A DNA stretch of 20,000 nt from Chiloscyllium plagiosum (GCF_004010195.1 NC_057718.1:12948613-12968612), one strand, 5' to 3'; positions 1 through 10,670 are shown, counted from the first letter of the stretch. Translations and numbers: made by a program. The notes: generated by a model not told the origin, from the sequence alone.

Positions 1-976
1 AGTACTGGACTATAGTGCAAGCCTTATCTTTTCAACTCATGTTCTGGAGTAAAACTTGGAATACAAACTTTGGCTCAGAGGCCTGAATACTACCAACTGA
101 ACCATGGTGACTTACAAATGAGAGAAATACAATTTCCACCATTTTCACAATCACTGGAACAGTTTAAATCCTGGATTTGATTCACCCCATTTGACATTTA
201 AGAGATGGGAAAGAAAAATCATTTAGTCACCAGAAACATCACAAGAGGGTTAGCATGCACAGGCCCAAAAGCAGACTTAAATAAAACTGAGACACCAACA
301 ACAATTTACAGACAGTCCACCTGCTAATACTGAGGCACAACTTCCCACTTGCACACACCTTCAGTGTCTGGTGGACTGAAAGCAGTGAATGCTGGGTAAT
401 CTCTGTGATGGTCAGAAGCTTCCACAAGGAAGTTGTTGGGGGGGGGGATGCAAGAGGGAAACCCAAGGGTCTCAACACACACACAAAACAAAGATAAATG
501 GATAAATATTTGGAACAATCTGGCTATGTGAATCAAACACAAGGCACACTTGAAGTTCCTAGGTTCTATGAATTTTTATCCCAAAGATTGCCCTCCTTTC
601 TGTATAGGAAATAAAATCTATAAATGCAATTTATAACCATAAGGTGAAAAGGAAAATGAATTAGCCAGTATACAATCCTAAACAGCACAAGGGAGGATTT
701 TTCTTGCATACCATCAATTTGAATCCTTCACCCATAGAATAACAGTCAAGAATGGAAACCTTAGCAGACATCCTCTCAGACTTGGAATGGGAACAAACCA
801 ATTCTACCATGCCAGAATAAATTTCTCAATTGAACCAGAGCCCAGGTTGCCTTCTCTTTCACAGTCTGTTCACTTAAAGCTAATGATTTAAGAAAAATAA
901 ATCTCAAAACACACAGGTGTGCATAATTTTGCTCAAAATCCTTTGGCATGAATAAAATCATGCTTTTTGAACTTAC

Positions 977-1084
977 AGTTTGTAGCATTTTGGAGAGTCC
1001 CGGCTGTGAATGGAGTAACCCTCACTCAGTCGTGTATCTGAAGCAACAATGGAAAAGTCCTCGCCAGCTAAGGCCAACACAGTT
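977..1084 (-). CDS. PSMB1: PSMB1 coding exon 2 (108 nt); the gene continues beyond window start
   Basis: Reads (G)[35 protein letters not shown](L), a hallmark PSMB1 sequence. Acceptor ...ctatcaacag|A, donor CT|GTAAGT (976-971). Phase 2/2, in frame with exon 1. Confidence 0.97.
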
Positions 1085-1397
1085 CTGTTGATAGTGACAA
1101 GTGGGGTGGGAAGAAAGAAAATCAATATGTCAGAAGTACATTCCAAAAAATACAAAAAGAACAACCGAAGGCTGCCTTTCATTTTGCACTTTACATGTGC
1201 TGGAATTTACTGTGAAAATAATTTCAATATGGTTTACATAGACATTGCTCCAGTCACTCAGTAGAATTTAACACAGTCAGCAACTTCTCAAATCATACGG
1301 ATTCACTAACTTATTTGCACCTCTCAAAGTGGAGACATTCATTTTTCATTTTCACAAAGAATGCCCTGCTCTTCAGAGTCATATGAACCCATGTTAT

Positions 1398-1553
1398 GGT
1401 TTATTTGAAATCACAAGCTTTCAGAGCGCTGCTCCTTTGCTGTCATACTTTGCCTGACAAAGTGGCAATGCTCCAAACGGTTGCGATTTCAAATAAACCT
1501 GTTGGACTGTAACCTGGTGTCCTGAGATTTCCAACACTGACATCTCCACATCA
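1398..1553. mobile_element. Short decayed Penelope-like terminal fragment with inverted arms
   Basis: GGTTTATTTGAAATC (1398-1412) is the exact reverse complement of GATTTCAAATAAACC (1485-1499), with degenerate pairing further inside. Contains a decayed hammerhead-like stretch (ctgacaa...gctccaaa) and a one-sided tail to about 1553. Confidence 0.55.
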
Positions 1554-1709
1554 TGGCTACCTGTTCTTCAGTGTACATATGGTCAGGGGACGTATAACCG
1601 ATTTTCAAAGACAAACTTGCATTTCCAAAATTGCTGCTTTAACCTCTGAATATCTCAAAATGCTTTACAACCAATTAAGTATGTTTGACAATATAGCAGT
1701 GGACAAGAG

Positions 1710-2670
1710 CCAATTTCTCATCTCTAAAATTGGAGATCTACATCTCGGCACCCCACTTTGTAACCTGATCCTCAATTTACTGGCCCATAGACCCCAATCA
1801 GTAATAAGTGACAATACCACCTCCATCATAAACCTCAATAATGGTGCCCTGCAAGACTGCATCAGCCATTCTATACTCCTTATATATACATGGTCGGGTG
1901 GCCAAATTCCACTAACTCCATTTACAACACCACCATTGTAGGTTGGATCTCAAACAACAAGACAAAATACAAGAAAGAGTTTGAGTGTTTAGCTGCATGG
2001 TTAAAGACAATCTCTCCATCAATGTCAGCAAAACAAAGGAGCTGGTTACTGACTTCAGGAAGCTGTGTGGATGACATGACTCTGTCTGCATCAATGGCGC
2101 TGAGATGGAGATGGTTGAGAGCGCCAAGTCCTTGGGAGCAATGATGACAAGACGGTCAAGAAAGCACATGTCTACTTCTGCAAAAGGCTAAGGAAACTCA
2201 ACATGTCCACAAAGACACTTACTAATTTTTTATAGATGGCCCAGAGAAAGCATCCTATCTGGGTGCATTACAGCTAGGGTACTGGAACCGATCCCGATCT
2301 CCACAAGAATGCAATAAGTTACAAGAGTCACGAACACAGCATAGTCCACCACAAAAACCATCCACTGACTCCATCAATAATCTAAAATGACTCCAATATA
2401 ATCAAAGACCCCTTCCTCCCTGGTAATACTCTTTTCCACCCTTTTCCGGCAGGCAGAAGATATAAGTTTGCATGTAAATGTGAATACATTCTAGAACAGT
2501 TTCTTCCCCACTGTTGAACAGACCTCTCAAAGTGAATTCTGATCTATCTGCAGCTCTAACACTATAAGCTGTTCTGCTGCCCTGATGCACTTGTATGGTA
2601 CGATCTGCCTATATAGCACACAAAACTTTTCACTGTACCTCAGTACATGTGACAACAATAAATCAAACTA
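1710..2670 (+). mobile_element. Decayed non-LTR retrotransposon, RT region and 3' end (Rex1/Babar-like)
   Basis: Frameshifted RT peptides LISKIGDLHLGTPLCNLILNLLAHRPQSV..NNGALQDC and NSIY..TTIVGWISNN..EFECLAAW. The 3' end has AATAAA and an A-rich tail near 2655-2690. Confidence 0.75.
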
Positions 2671-3689
2671 AAATTAAAACAAAATAAATCTAACATATAG
2701 CATTAGCAGTTTCTATCAAACATGTCTAAAAGCCTATGTACTATTATGCCCTTAATCATTCATATAAAAGAAAGTATTGTTTGGAACTCACAGACATTTA
2801 GTTGTATTCAGTTATGTACAGATGTAATACAAATTCAGGTCTGCCAAAGATACTTTATGTATGTGGCACAGCAGCAACCGTTGCAGTTAAGAGCTGCATT
2901 TTTGTGAGAGCTAACATTTATCTCAGTAAAAGACTTCAGTTTCCCTCTCTGGTTACCCACATTCACTTACTTTACAGCCATGATCTGTCTATGAATATGG
3001 AGGTGAAGGCTTTCCAATATAATAGAGAAGAGATCCTTTCTAGATGGCATTGAGAAGCTAACAAATTGCCTATCGGGGTGGGGTGTGCAGGAAGGCATCA
3101 TCCAATTTGGGAGATGATGGACTACACCCAAGATGCATGCCACATCAGCATGAAGCATTAAATCTTGTGCTTGTGGAGACCAATAAGTCAGTGCCAGCTC
3201 CATCCATATCACACTCCTTTCTATCAACTGATAACTTTACTATCCTCCACTTCTCCCAAACCCTTCCTGATTGTTAAAATCTAGGCAGCCACAGCTAGCA
3301 GCATAGCCTTCCCATGCATCGAATGATTCCAGTCAACTTTAGGTCTCTTTCGAAGATGGCCTTGTATTGCAGACATGAGCAACTAGTTGAATGTATGGAT
3401 TTAGCAAACCTCTCATTCAGATGTCTTTTGCTTTTGATTTGAATTTATTTTTTTCTGTTCTTAAAGTGCTACAAGATCAAATATGCATTAAATTGTGTTT
3501 TGAAATCATTCTTAATTTCACTTGCACAATCTTCATAGATAGCAAGCTCCAGGTCAGGCTGTGCATAAAAGTTCTTCTTCATACCTGCGTTTCTTGACAA
3601 ACTTCCAAGTGTGTCCTCTGTAAATGTGAACATTTCTCGAACTTAGCTAAACCTGATACAATCTTGTACTCATCCATTTAATCTCCCTT

Positions 3690-3960
3690 TGAATACCTGT
3701 ATTCCAAATTGCTTTTCTAAGCTAACCTTACAGCTAAATTATCTCATCCATAGAACCATTCTGGAAAATCTCTGCACTCTCACATCCTTCGTAAAGTCTG
3801 GTGACCAGAATAAAATGCAATATTCTAGGTGTGCCCAAAACAGAGATTTAAGAGTTCAGCACACCATTGCTGCTTTTGTATTCAATGCCTCCAGGTAAAA
3901 AAAACTTCAAAATCCTATTTATTTTGCTAACCACTCTTTCAGTGTCTTTCAAATATTTGT
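3690..3960 (-). mobile_element. Decayed CR1-like LINE fragment
   Basis: Resembles the antisense of the CR1 ORF2 'HLEYCxQFWSP' region (ggtgaccagaataaaatgcaatattctaggtgtg). Highly degenerate. Confidence 0.5.
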
Positions 3961-4019
3961 ACGATAATTTACAGATTACTGCACTCTTCAGTGCAATTCC
4001 CTATGGCAGATGCATCGAA

Positions 4020-4305
4020 GGCCAGAGAGCACATGTTTAAGGTGACAAGTAGTTTAAACGAGATCTGAGGAAAGGATTTTCAACACAGATTTGCAGAAAA
4101 ATGGAATGGGTTGCCTGAGAGGGTGATAGGGGCAATTACTATTGTAACATTTTAGTAGTATCTGGATGAGCACTTAAAATGCCAGGGCATAGTAGGCTAT
4201 GGACCAAGTGCAGGGAGAAAGGATTAGAGCAGTTTGGGATTTGTTGGCTGACAAAGATGCAGTGGGCCAAAAGAACTGTTTCTACGCTGTATGACTATGA
4301 CTTAG
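4020..4305 (+). mobile_element. CR1-like LINE 3' end
   Basis: Homologous to the better-preserved copy at 19527-20000 (…tggaatgggttgcctgagagggtg…ggctatggacc…). Ends in ctgtttctacgctgtatgactatgac. Confidence 0.65.
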
Positions 4306-4396
4306 TGTACATCACCTCTCCCATTCCTTCTACCTAAATGAATTTCCTCATACCTGCTTAAGTTCTGTCTGCTCATTCTGTTACCTTATGTTGCGC

Positions 4397-5083
4397 GTCA
4401 AAACGTGTGGTGCTGGAAAAGCACAGTCGGTCAGCCAGCATCCAAGGAGCAGGAGAGCCGATGCTTTAAGCATAAGCTCTTCATCAGGAATGTGGGGGAG
4501 GCCCAAGGGGGCTGAGAGATAAATGGGAGGGTGGGTGGGGCTGAGGGAAAGTAGTTGAAAATGTGATAGGTAGATGAAGATGGGGGGGGTTATGGAGATA
4601 GGTCAGAGAGGAGGGTGGAAAGGATAGGTGGGAAAGGAGATCAGGTAGTTCAGTTTAAGAGCACAGTGCTGAGTTGGGGGGTTGGATCTAGGATAAGGTG
4701 AGGAGACCGCCTTGGAACCATTCAACCACACAGGATCAATGCGGATTTCACCAGTTTCCTCATCTTCCCTCCTGCTGCCTTTTCCCAGATCCAACCTTCC
4801 AAGTCGGCACCACCCTCTTGAACTGTCCTACCTGTCCATCTTCTTTCCCACCTATCCACTCTGACCTATCAGCATCACCCCACCACCTTCATCTACCAAT
4901 TGCATTCCCAGCTACCTACTCCCCCAGCCCCCTTCCCATTTATCCCTCATTTCCCCTCCCCCATTCCTGATGAAGAGCTTATGCTCGAAACGTCACCTCT
5001 CCTGCTTCTCAGATGCTGCCTGACTGGCTGTACTTTTTCAGCACCACACTTTTTGACTCCGATCTGCAGTCCTTACTTTCTCC
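4397..5083. mobile_element. Penelope-like fold-back element with about 300-bp diverged inverted arms and hammerhead cores
   Basis: 4397-~4700 (purine-rich) is a degenerate reverse complement of ~4782-5057 (pyrimidine-rich). Only the right arm has the tail (5058-5083). A degenerate TSD is present: TACCTTATGTT (4382-4392) versus TGCCTGATGTT (5084-5094). Confidence 0.75.
4967..4994 (+). ncRNA. Minimal type I hammerhead ribozyme core
   Basis: CTGATGA-A-GAGC-TTAT-GCTC-GAAA-CGTC. Core boxes are intact, stem II is a perfect 4 bp, stem III is the palindromic ACGT, and the cleavage triplet is GUC. Stem I pairing is poor in this copy. Confidence 0.6.
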
Positions 5084-5690
5084 TGCCTGATGTTCTGTGG
5101 CAGTCAATTGGTTTCATCTACACTGTTGCCACACTGGGTTTGCTACCATGAGCAAATTTCAAAATTATTCCATCAAGGTATGAATGAATAAGATTGAAAA
5201 CTTGAACTAGTTTTTACAAACAAAATAAATTCAATTTGATTTTATCCCTTCAGGAAACTAGCCTCAGTACACTAACATGCTTCCTCTATCAGGAGTATAC
5301 TGTTAGTATGCAATGTTGATTGGTCTTGCACCATTCTCACAAATTCATAGCTGTGAATCATTGGTGTTTAAAAGGTCAATGGGTGAACGTGAAAGTCGGA
5401 ATTAAGTCCTCATACACCTTGCCAAACACACTGCCCAGGTTCAGGACTAGTTCACTGACTTTAACCCTAAGCTTAGCACTCATTGCCAACTTTGTGAATG
5501 TTTTGTTACATGCAACATAGACCTTTTATTGTAGACTCCAAACTGGTCATACTTTACCCCTTTCCAAAGGTCCTATTTCTGTACTCAAAATATCTAGCTA
5601 AGTTCTGTTTTGTGTCTGTACCTCCTCGCCTTCTCCCGCGGCTTAGTTACAAACCAACTCCCGGGCCTGATTGGCCTCACTTTGCCATGG

Positions 5691-5926
5691 AGAAAGTGAT
5701 CTGCAGATGCTGGAGATCAGAGCTGGAAATGTGTTGCTGGAAAAGCGCAGCAGGTCAGGCAGCATCCAAGGAACAGGAGAATCGACATTTCGGGCATAAG
5801 CCCTTCAGGAAACTTCTGGCATAAGTTTCTGCATCTGAAGAAGGGCTTATGCCCGAAACGTCGATTCTCCTGTTCCCTGGATGCTGCCTGACCCGCTGCG
5901 CTTTTCCAGCAACACATTTCCAGCTC
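5691..5926. mobile_element. Young non-autonomous Penelope-like fold-back element with 15-bp TSD
   Basis: 87-bp inverted arms 5720-5806 / 5840-5926 with 3 mismatches. Tail 5691-5719 on the left arm only. Flanked by CTCACTTTGCCATGG (5676-5690) and CTCACTTTGCCACGG (5924-5938). Confidence 0.85.
5835..5862 (+). ncRNA. Minimal type I hammerhead ribozyme core
   Basis: CTGAAGA-A-GGGC-TTAT-GCCC-GAAA-CGTC. Stem II covaries with the 4967 copy (GAGC/GCTC versus GGGC/GCCC). Stem I is weak. Confidence 0.6.
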
Positions 5927-6250
5927 ACTTTGCCACGGCCACCCCACGCCCATTTTCCACCCTCCCCAGCCTAGGCCTGTTTACTGCCCATTCCCGAGTC
6001 TGTCCTGAATTACCCCTCATAGCTTCCCAAGCCTCTACTGCTTGATTCCCTCACCCCCACCAAATTTCCGTCCCGAGCCTGTTAACCCATTGCTCTGTTT
6101 ACCCACTTTCCCCAGTCACAGCCGCCCCCTCCAACACACACCACTCCCAGGACCTTCTTCCTGTCTATCCCCTTGCAAGGCCCGATTAACTCCAACCACC
6201 AACCATCACCTGTCCGCTCCTACCAAGGCCTGAAGGTAGCTCACACTCAC

Positions 6251-6345
6251 CCTCCATTAAAAGTGTAGGGCGAGAAGCGGTACTGTGTGGGTCCTGCTTG
6301 CTGGTATCCCTCCATACTGCTCATGGACTCGTACAAATGCGGCAT
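6251..6345 (-). CDS. PSMB1: Proteasome 20S subunit beta type-1 (beta6), coding exon 1
   Basis: The minus strand from ATG at 6345 reads MPHLYESMSSMEGYQQAGPTQY-RFSPYTFNG(G). RFSPYxFNGG is the mature N-terminus of PSMB1. The exon ends in phase 2 at the donor GG|GTGAGT (6250-6245). There is an in-frame TGA 20 codons upstream with no intervening ATG. Not in the ORF track. Confidence 0.96.
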
Positions 6346-6359
6346 TTCCTCCCGGACCT

Positions 6360-6480
6360 GATGCAGCTGCTGTCTCACTGCCAAGATGGCGACTGCCGTG
6401 CCTCACTCAAACCCTTCCCCGGTGCACCATCAATAAGCGCATGCGCAAAGCTGTTCCACCACCAGTTGTTCGCCCAATAC
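6360..6480 (-). promoter_or_regulatory. PSMB1 proximal promoter / 5'UTR with ARE, YY1, NRF1 and CCAAT motifs
   Basis: GTGAGACAGCA (minus, 6378-6368) fits the ARE consensus RTGASnnnGCA. CAAGATGGCG (6382-6391) fits YY1. Palindromic GCGCATGCGC (6437-6446) fits NRF1. CCAAT at 6474-6478. The region is locally GC/CpG-rich and lies directly upstream of the ATG. Confidence 0.7.
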
Positions 6481-6899
6481 TTGGGAACTCAGGTGTTGGA
6501 TTTGAAACGTTCCACGAAATTTGCTTTCCTTTAAATAGAATTGTATATTTGTGACCCCTACTACCCCATATAGTTCCGAAGCATGTATGATGGGTTCCCA
6601 GTTGCTGTTATGCATACTGTATGTTCAGCAAATATTAAATTGGCTCCCTGCCTCGTTTTAGGAGTGGAAGCCTGGTGGTTCCAGATCACTGAAAATGCAG
6701 AAAAATAAAAACACAAACTTTCACTGCTGGATTAATGAATGACAGTAGAAAATTTGTTCATGGAAAGATCCCACAAACAATGTGACAAACAGTAAAATTC
6801 TGTTTTCTGGAGAAAAAAAGTTGCGACATTCTAGTGGAAGTGTATATACTTTAGAACCTTAATATGTTGTGGAAAGTGGCACCTGAAACATTATTGTAT

Positions 6900-7410
6900 C
6901 TACAGTGGCTACAAGAAAGAGAATTCTGACAAGTGTCTCACCCCATGTACCCAAAGCCATCATCTACAAGACACAAGAAAGTGGAATACTGTACACTCGC
7001 TTGGATGAGCGCACACCTCCAAAAAGATTCATGCTTGAACCATCCATGACAAACTGTCAACTTCATTGGATCCCCATCCATCAGCTTAAACACCAATACA
7101 TAGCTTCAGCAGTATCGATCATACAGAAGGTACATTGTAGAAAATCATAAAATCTCCTTCAACAACACCTTTGAAACCAAGGGCCTCTGCGGACCCTTGT
7201 GGACAGCAAAGGCATGAAATGGAACGTCATGACCTGTAAATTCTCTTTCCAAAGACATTCCATCCTAAATTGGAACAATATTGTTTATTCACCATTCTTA
7301 GGTCATAAACCTGGAACTCTTTTCCCAAAAACACTTTGCATTTTTCTGCACAAGACAGACTGCAACGCTTGAAGGTGTCTACCATTACCTTCTGAAGGAA
7401 AATTATAGGC
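6900..7410 (+). mobile_element. Decayed non-LTR retrotransposon, RT C-terminal / 3' region
   Basis: The ATRKR...IIYKTQ...(ggaatact) segment resembles the LINE 'IYKAQVRSxMEY' thumb region. Many stops and frameshifts. Probably the same family as 15130-17130. Confidence 0.5.
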
Positions 7411-7414
7411 AACT

Positions 7415-8285
7415 TCAAACCAGCATCGACAGGAAAACAACACACACGGACCAAATATTGAACTACAGAAGCAATCATCGCAACATCCACAAACGAAGCT
7501 GAATCAGAACATATTTCAACGAGCCAACACACACTGCAGTACAGAGGAACTATGCAGAGCAGAGGAAAATCACCTATACCTGTATTCAAAAAGAATGAAT
7601 ACCCAATGAACACAGTCTACCGATTTCTCAGCAACAAACCCAAACAAGCAGACAAAACACGTCTAGAAACCCTAGCCACTCTCTCCTAAATCAAAGACAT
7701 CTCAGAAATGACTGCCAGACTACTCAGACCGCTTGGCATCATGGTAGCCCACAAACCCACCAAGACACTAAAATAGCAGCTAATGAACTTGAAAGACCCT
7801 ATACCGACAACAAACAAAACTAATGTCATTTACAAAATACCGTGCAAGAACTGTAACAAACACTACATTGGACAAACAGGCAGAAAACTAGCCACCAGGA
7901 TACATGAACACCAACTAGCCACAAAACGACATCACTAGTATCCTTACATACAGATAAGGAAGGATACCACTTCAACTAGGACAACACATCCATCTTAGGA
8001 CAAGCCAAACAGAGTACGCACTAGAAGCATGGCATTCCAACCAGAACTCTATCAACAAACACATTGAGTTAGCCCCCGCGAAAAATAACCGGAAATGACA
8101 TCACCAACCCAAAGAAACCCAAACATATAAATAGAAAGCAGGAATCATGGACACTGCTTCGCCTGAGGCTCACTGAAGATGTTACCTAATAGGGTGACGA
8201 AACGTCTGGAAATTAACCTCCCAGCTCAGCGAGCAAACATACATCCAGAACCTCAACCTGATCTACAAATCTTCTCAAAACTTGC
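7415..8285 (+). mobile_element. 5'-truncated Penelope-like retroelement: RT thumb, GIY-YIG endonuclease and terminal repeat (pseudogenised)
   Basis: Reads RKTTHTDQILNYRSNH...HKRS, then DISEMTARLLRPLGIMVAHKPTKTL*...KTNVIYKIPCKNCNKHYIGQTGRKLATRIHEHQLATKRH (VIY at 7825-7833, YIG at 7864-7872), then LEAWHSNQNSINKH. In-frame stops at 7687 and 7774. Confidence 0.92.
8170..8209 (+). ncRNA. Hammerhead ribozyme in the Penelope terminal repeat
   Basis: tca-CTGAAGA-T-GTTACC-taatag-GGTGAC-GAAA-CGTC-tgg. Core is intact, stem II is 6 bp, stem III is ACGT, the site is GUC, and stem I is short (tca/tgg). Confidence 0.72.
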
Positions 8286-8385
8286 TATATATTATCAATA
8301 AATGTCAGCATTTCCACTGACATGCACATGCCATTAAATAATACAAAAAAAAATCCTTCGGTACCACCACGACAAACTTGGAGCC

Positions 8386-8417
8386 AAGCAGCTCCCCAAA
8401 GCAGCTCCCCAAAGCAG
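8386..8417. repeat. 13-bp tandem duplication
   Basis: AAGCAGCTCCCCA x2 plus AAGCAG. Confidence 0.85.
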
Positions 8418-8968
8418 TCTTATGACAGCAGAACTAGAACTGCTGGAGAGTAGTTTTCAACTGGTGTGCCATGAAGACTGTCCAATTGTGCCATGAAAGT
8501 TTTTACAAAGGTAATGAAAATCAATACAAGACAAATATTTTTCATCAGGAACAGCATTCAACCAAAATTACATCTCACAAAACATGTATTAATAATCAAA
8601 AGCAAGTTCAGTTGTTTGATTCTGTACCCGCTGTTACAAATCCCTCCAGTCAGTCTGTAATGATAGTAATTACAAGTTGTGACATTATAAGCAATCAATT
8701 CAGCCGGAAAAAGTGGGTGCATGGTGGAAGCATACCTCGTTACTAAAAAGGAACTAATGGAGTCGAGGACCACAATAGTTAGAGTCTTCACAAAGGCCAC
8801 AGATAGAATCATTCCTGTGAAGAGGTTCTTCCTGAACATTGATGGCTCTATCAGCTAAGGGACTCGTTATTCTCAAATGAAAAAAAAACTTGCATTCATA
8901 TAGTGCTTTTCACAATCACTGGATACCTCAATGCATTTTGCATGACATGTAGACACTGTTCTAATGTG

Positions 8969-9897
8969 CTGAAAATGTGTTGCTGGAAAAGCGCAGCAGG
9001 TCAGGCAGCATCCAAGGAACAGGAGAATCGACGTTTCAAGCAGAAGGCCTTCTTCAGGAATGAGGAAAGTGTGTCCAGCAGGCTAAGATAAAAGGTAGGG
9101 AGGAGGGACTTGGGGGAGGGGCTTTGGAAATGCGATAGGTGGAGGGAGGTCAAGGTGAGGGTGATAGGCCGCAGTGGAGTGGGGGCAGAGAGGTCAGGAA
9201 GATGATTGCAGGTTAGGAAGGCGGTGCTGAGTTCGAGGGATTTGACTGAGACAAGGTGGGGGGAGGGGAAATGAGGAAACTGGAGAAATCTGAGTTCATC
9301 CCTTGTGGTTGAANNNNNNNNNNNNNNNNNNNNNNNNNNNNNNNNNNNNNNNNNNNNNNNNNNNNNNNNNNNNNNNNNNNNNNNNNNNNNNNNNNNNNNN
9401 NNNNNNNNNNNNNNNNNNNNNNNNNNNNNNNNNNNNNNNNNNNNNNNNNNNNNNNNNNNNNNNNNNNNNNNNNNNNNNNNNNNNNNNNNNNNNNNNNNNN
9501 NNNNNNNNNNNNNNNNNNNNNNNNNNNNNNNNNNNNNNNNNNNNNNNNNNNNNNNNNNNNNNNNNNNNNNNNNNNNNNNNNNNNNNNNNNNNNNNNNNNN
9601 NNNNNNNNNNNNNNNNNNNNNNNNNNNNNNNNNNNNNNNNNNNNNNNNNNNNNNNNNNNNNNNNNNNNNNNNNNNNNNNNNNNNNNNNNNNNNNNNNNNN
9701 NNNNNNNNNNNNNNNNNNNNNNNNNNNNNNNNNNNCTTTTATCTTAGCCTGCTGGACACACTTTCCTCATTCCTGAAGAAGGGCTTATGGCCGAAACATC
9801 GATTCTCCTGTTCCTTGGATGCTGCCTGACCTGCTGCGCTTTTCCAGCAACACATTTTCAACTCTGATCTCCAGCATCTGCAGCCCTCACTTTCTCT
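8969..9897. mobile_element. Penelope-like fold-back element spanning the assembly gap, with a perfect 15-bp TSD
   Basis: 8969-9094 is the reverse complement of 9736-~9862. A tail of about 35 nt (9863-9897) is on the right arm only. CACTGTTCTAATGTG occurs at 8954-8968 and 9898-9912. Same family as 5691-5926. Confidence 0.88.
9314..9735. other. Assembly gap (422 N)
   Basis: Run of N inside an inverted repeat. Confidence 1.
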
Positions 9898-10664
9898 CAC
9901 TGTTCTAATGTGACCAATTAAGCGCCTATCCACACTTATGCTGGCATTTGGTAACCCTCCGCCACTCAGACAGACCAGCATAATTTGTTGCCTGGCAGGT
10001 TATGAGCGAGGGCCTTTATTTGTGCATTCTGCAGCCCATGTTGTGACCTCTGCGCAGCAAAGAATACCACATGGTAAGTGCACCACAAAGATCTAGATAC
10101 CACTTCCCTTACTTTGAGGATGTAAGGCAATTGATACTTCCTAACTGTAAGGAGAAACTCCAACAATCACAGCTCCCAGTGTCACTGCTGACTCTTGACT
10201 GGCCAGCATACTCTTGGGATGAGGTGACAATTCTTAATGGGGCAGCAGCCAATTAACTGAAAATCAGGTTGTGACTCCTGACTTTACAAGGGACACTTAA
10301 ATACCTCCACATCTACTTTTGGCTCTGATGGTTGGATTCTTGCAGTTGTTGTAAAATCCAACTCATTTACTTTTCTGTCTGTAGATTCTGCATGACTTGC
10401 TGGGTATTTATACCAAGTTTTGTTTTTACTTCACATCGCCATTGTACTCTGCTTTTGCAAAATTATATAGGAGTAGTTTGGGCACAAGGAATAAGAACAA
10501 CTTTCATGCAGAGATAAAACAGCAACACAGATTATCTGGGCTGGACAATATTCGTAATTTATAGATTTGTGTAAATCTACACAACAACACCGCTCCGCCC
10601 CCTTCCTCCCCCACCCTCCAAGAAGAAACCATTGAACAATAGTACATGAAAAGCTAATCCTTAC

Positions 10665-10670
10665 TTTATT
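10665..10670 (-). terminator. Candidate polyadenylation signal of CATSPERE
   Basis: AATAAA on the minus strand about 175 nt after the stop codon, followed by T/GT-rich sequence (cttttcatgtactattgttcaatggtttcttctt). Confidence 0.55.

Noticed and set aside
973..1182. ORF-track 69-aa protein starting MKGSLRLFF
   Set aside because: Only 977-1084 is the PSMB1 exon. The N-terminal part is translated intron and polypyrimidine tract.
6386..6436. Plus-strand ATG in good context (ccaagATGGcg) as the start of a divergent gene
   Set aside because: The frame closes after 16 codons (MATAVPHSNPSPVHHQ*). It is better explained as a YY1 motif.
8558..8875. Minus-strand ORF with a hydrophobic stretch as an extra terminal exon
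   Set aside because: It lies downstream of the CATSPERE stop and polyA signal, shows no recognisable homology, and has no convincing acceptor.
9303..9829. 157/174-aa ORFs
   Set aside because: Artefacts of the N run.
5498..9981. Recurrent small ORFs containing MCCWKSAAGQAASKEQENR as a possible peptide family
   Set aside because: They are translations of the repeated Penelope-like terminal arm and have no gene structure.
9999..10079. Plus-strand acceptor-like sites plus ATG|GTAAGT as a possible TBP or non-coding exon
   Set aside because: No recognisable peptide in any frame. Isolated splice-like motifs are expected by chance.
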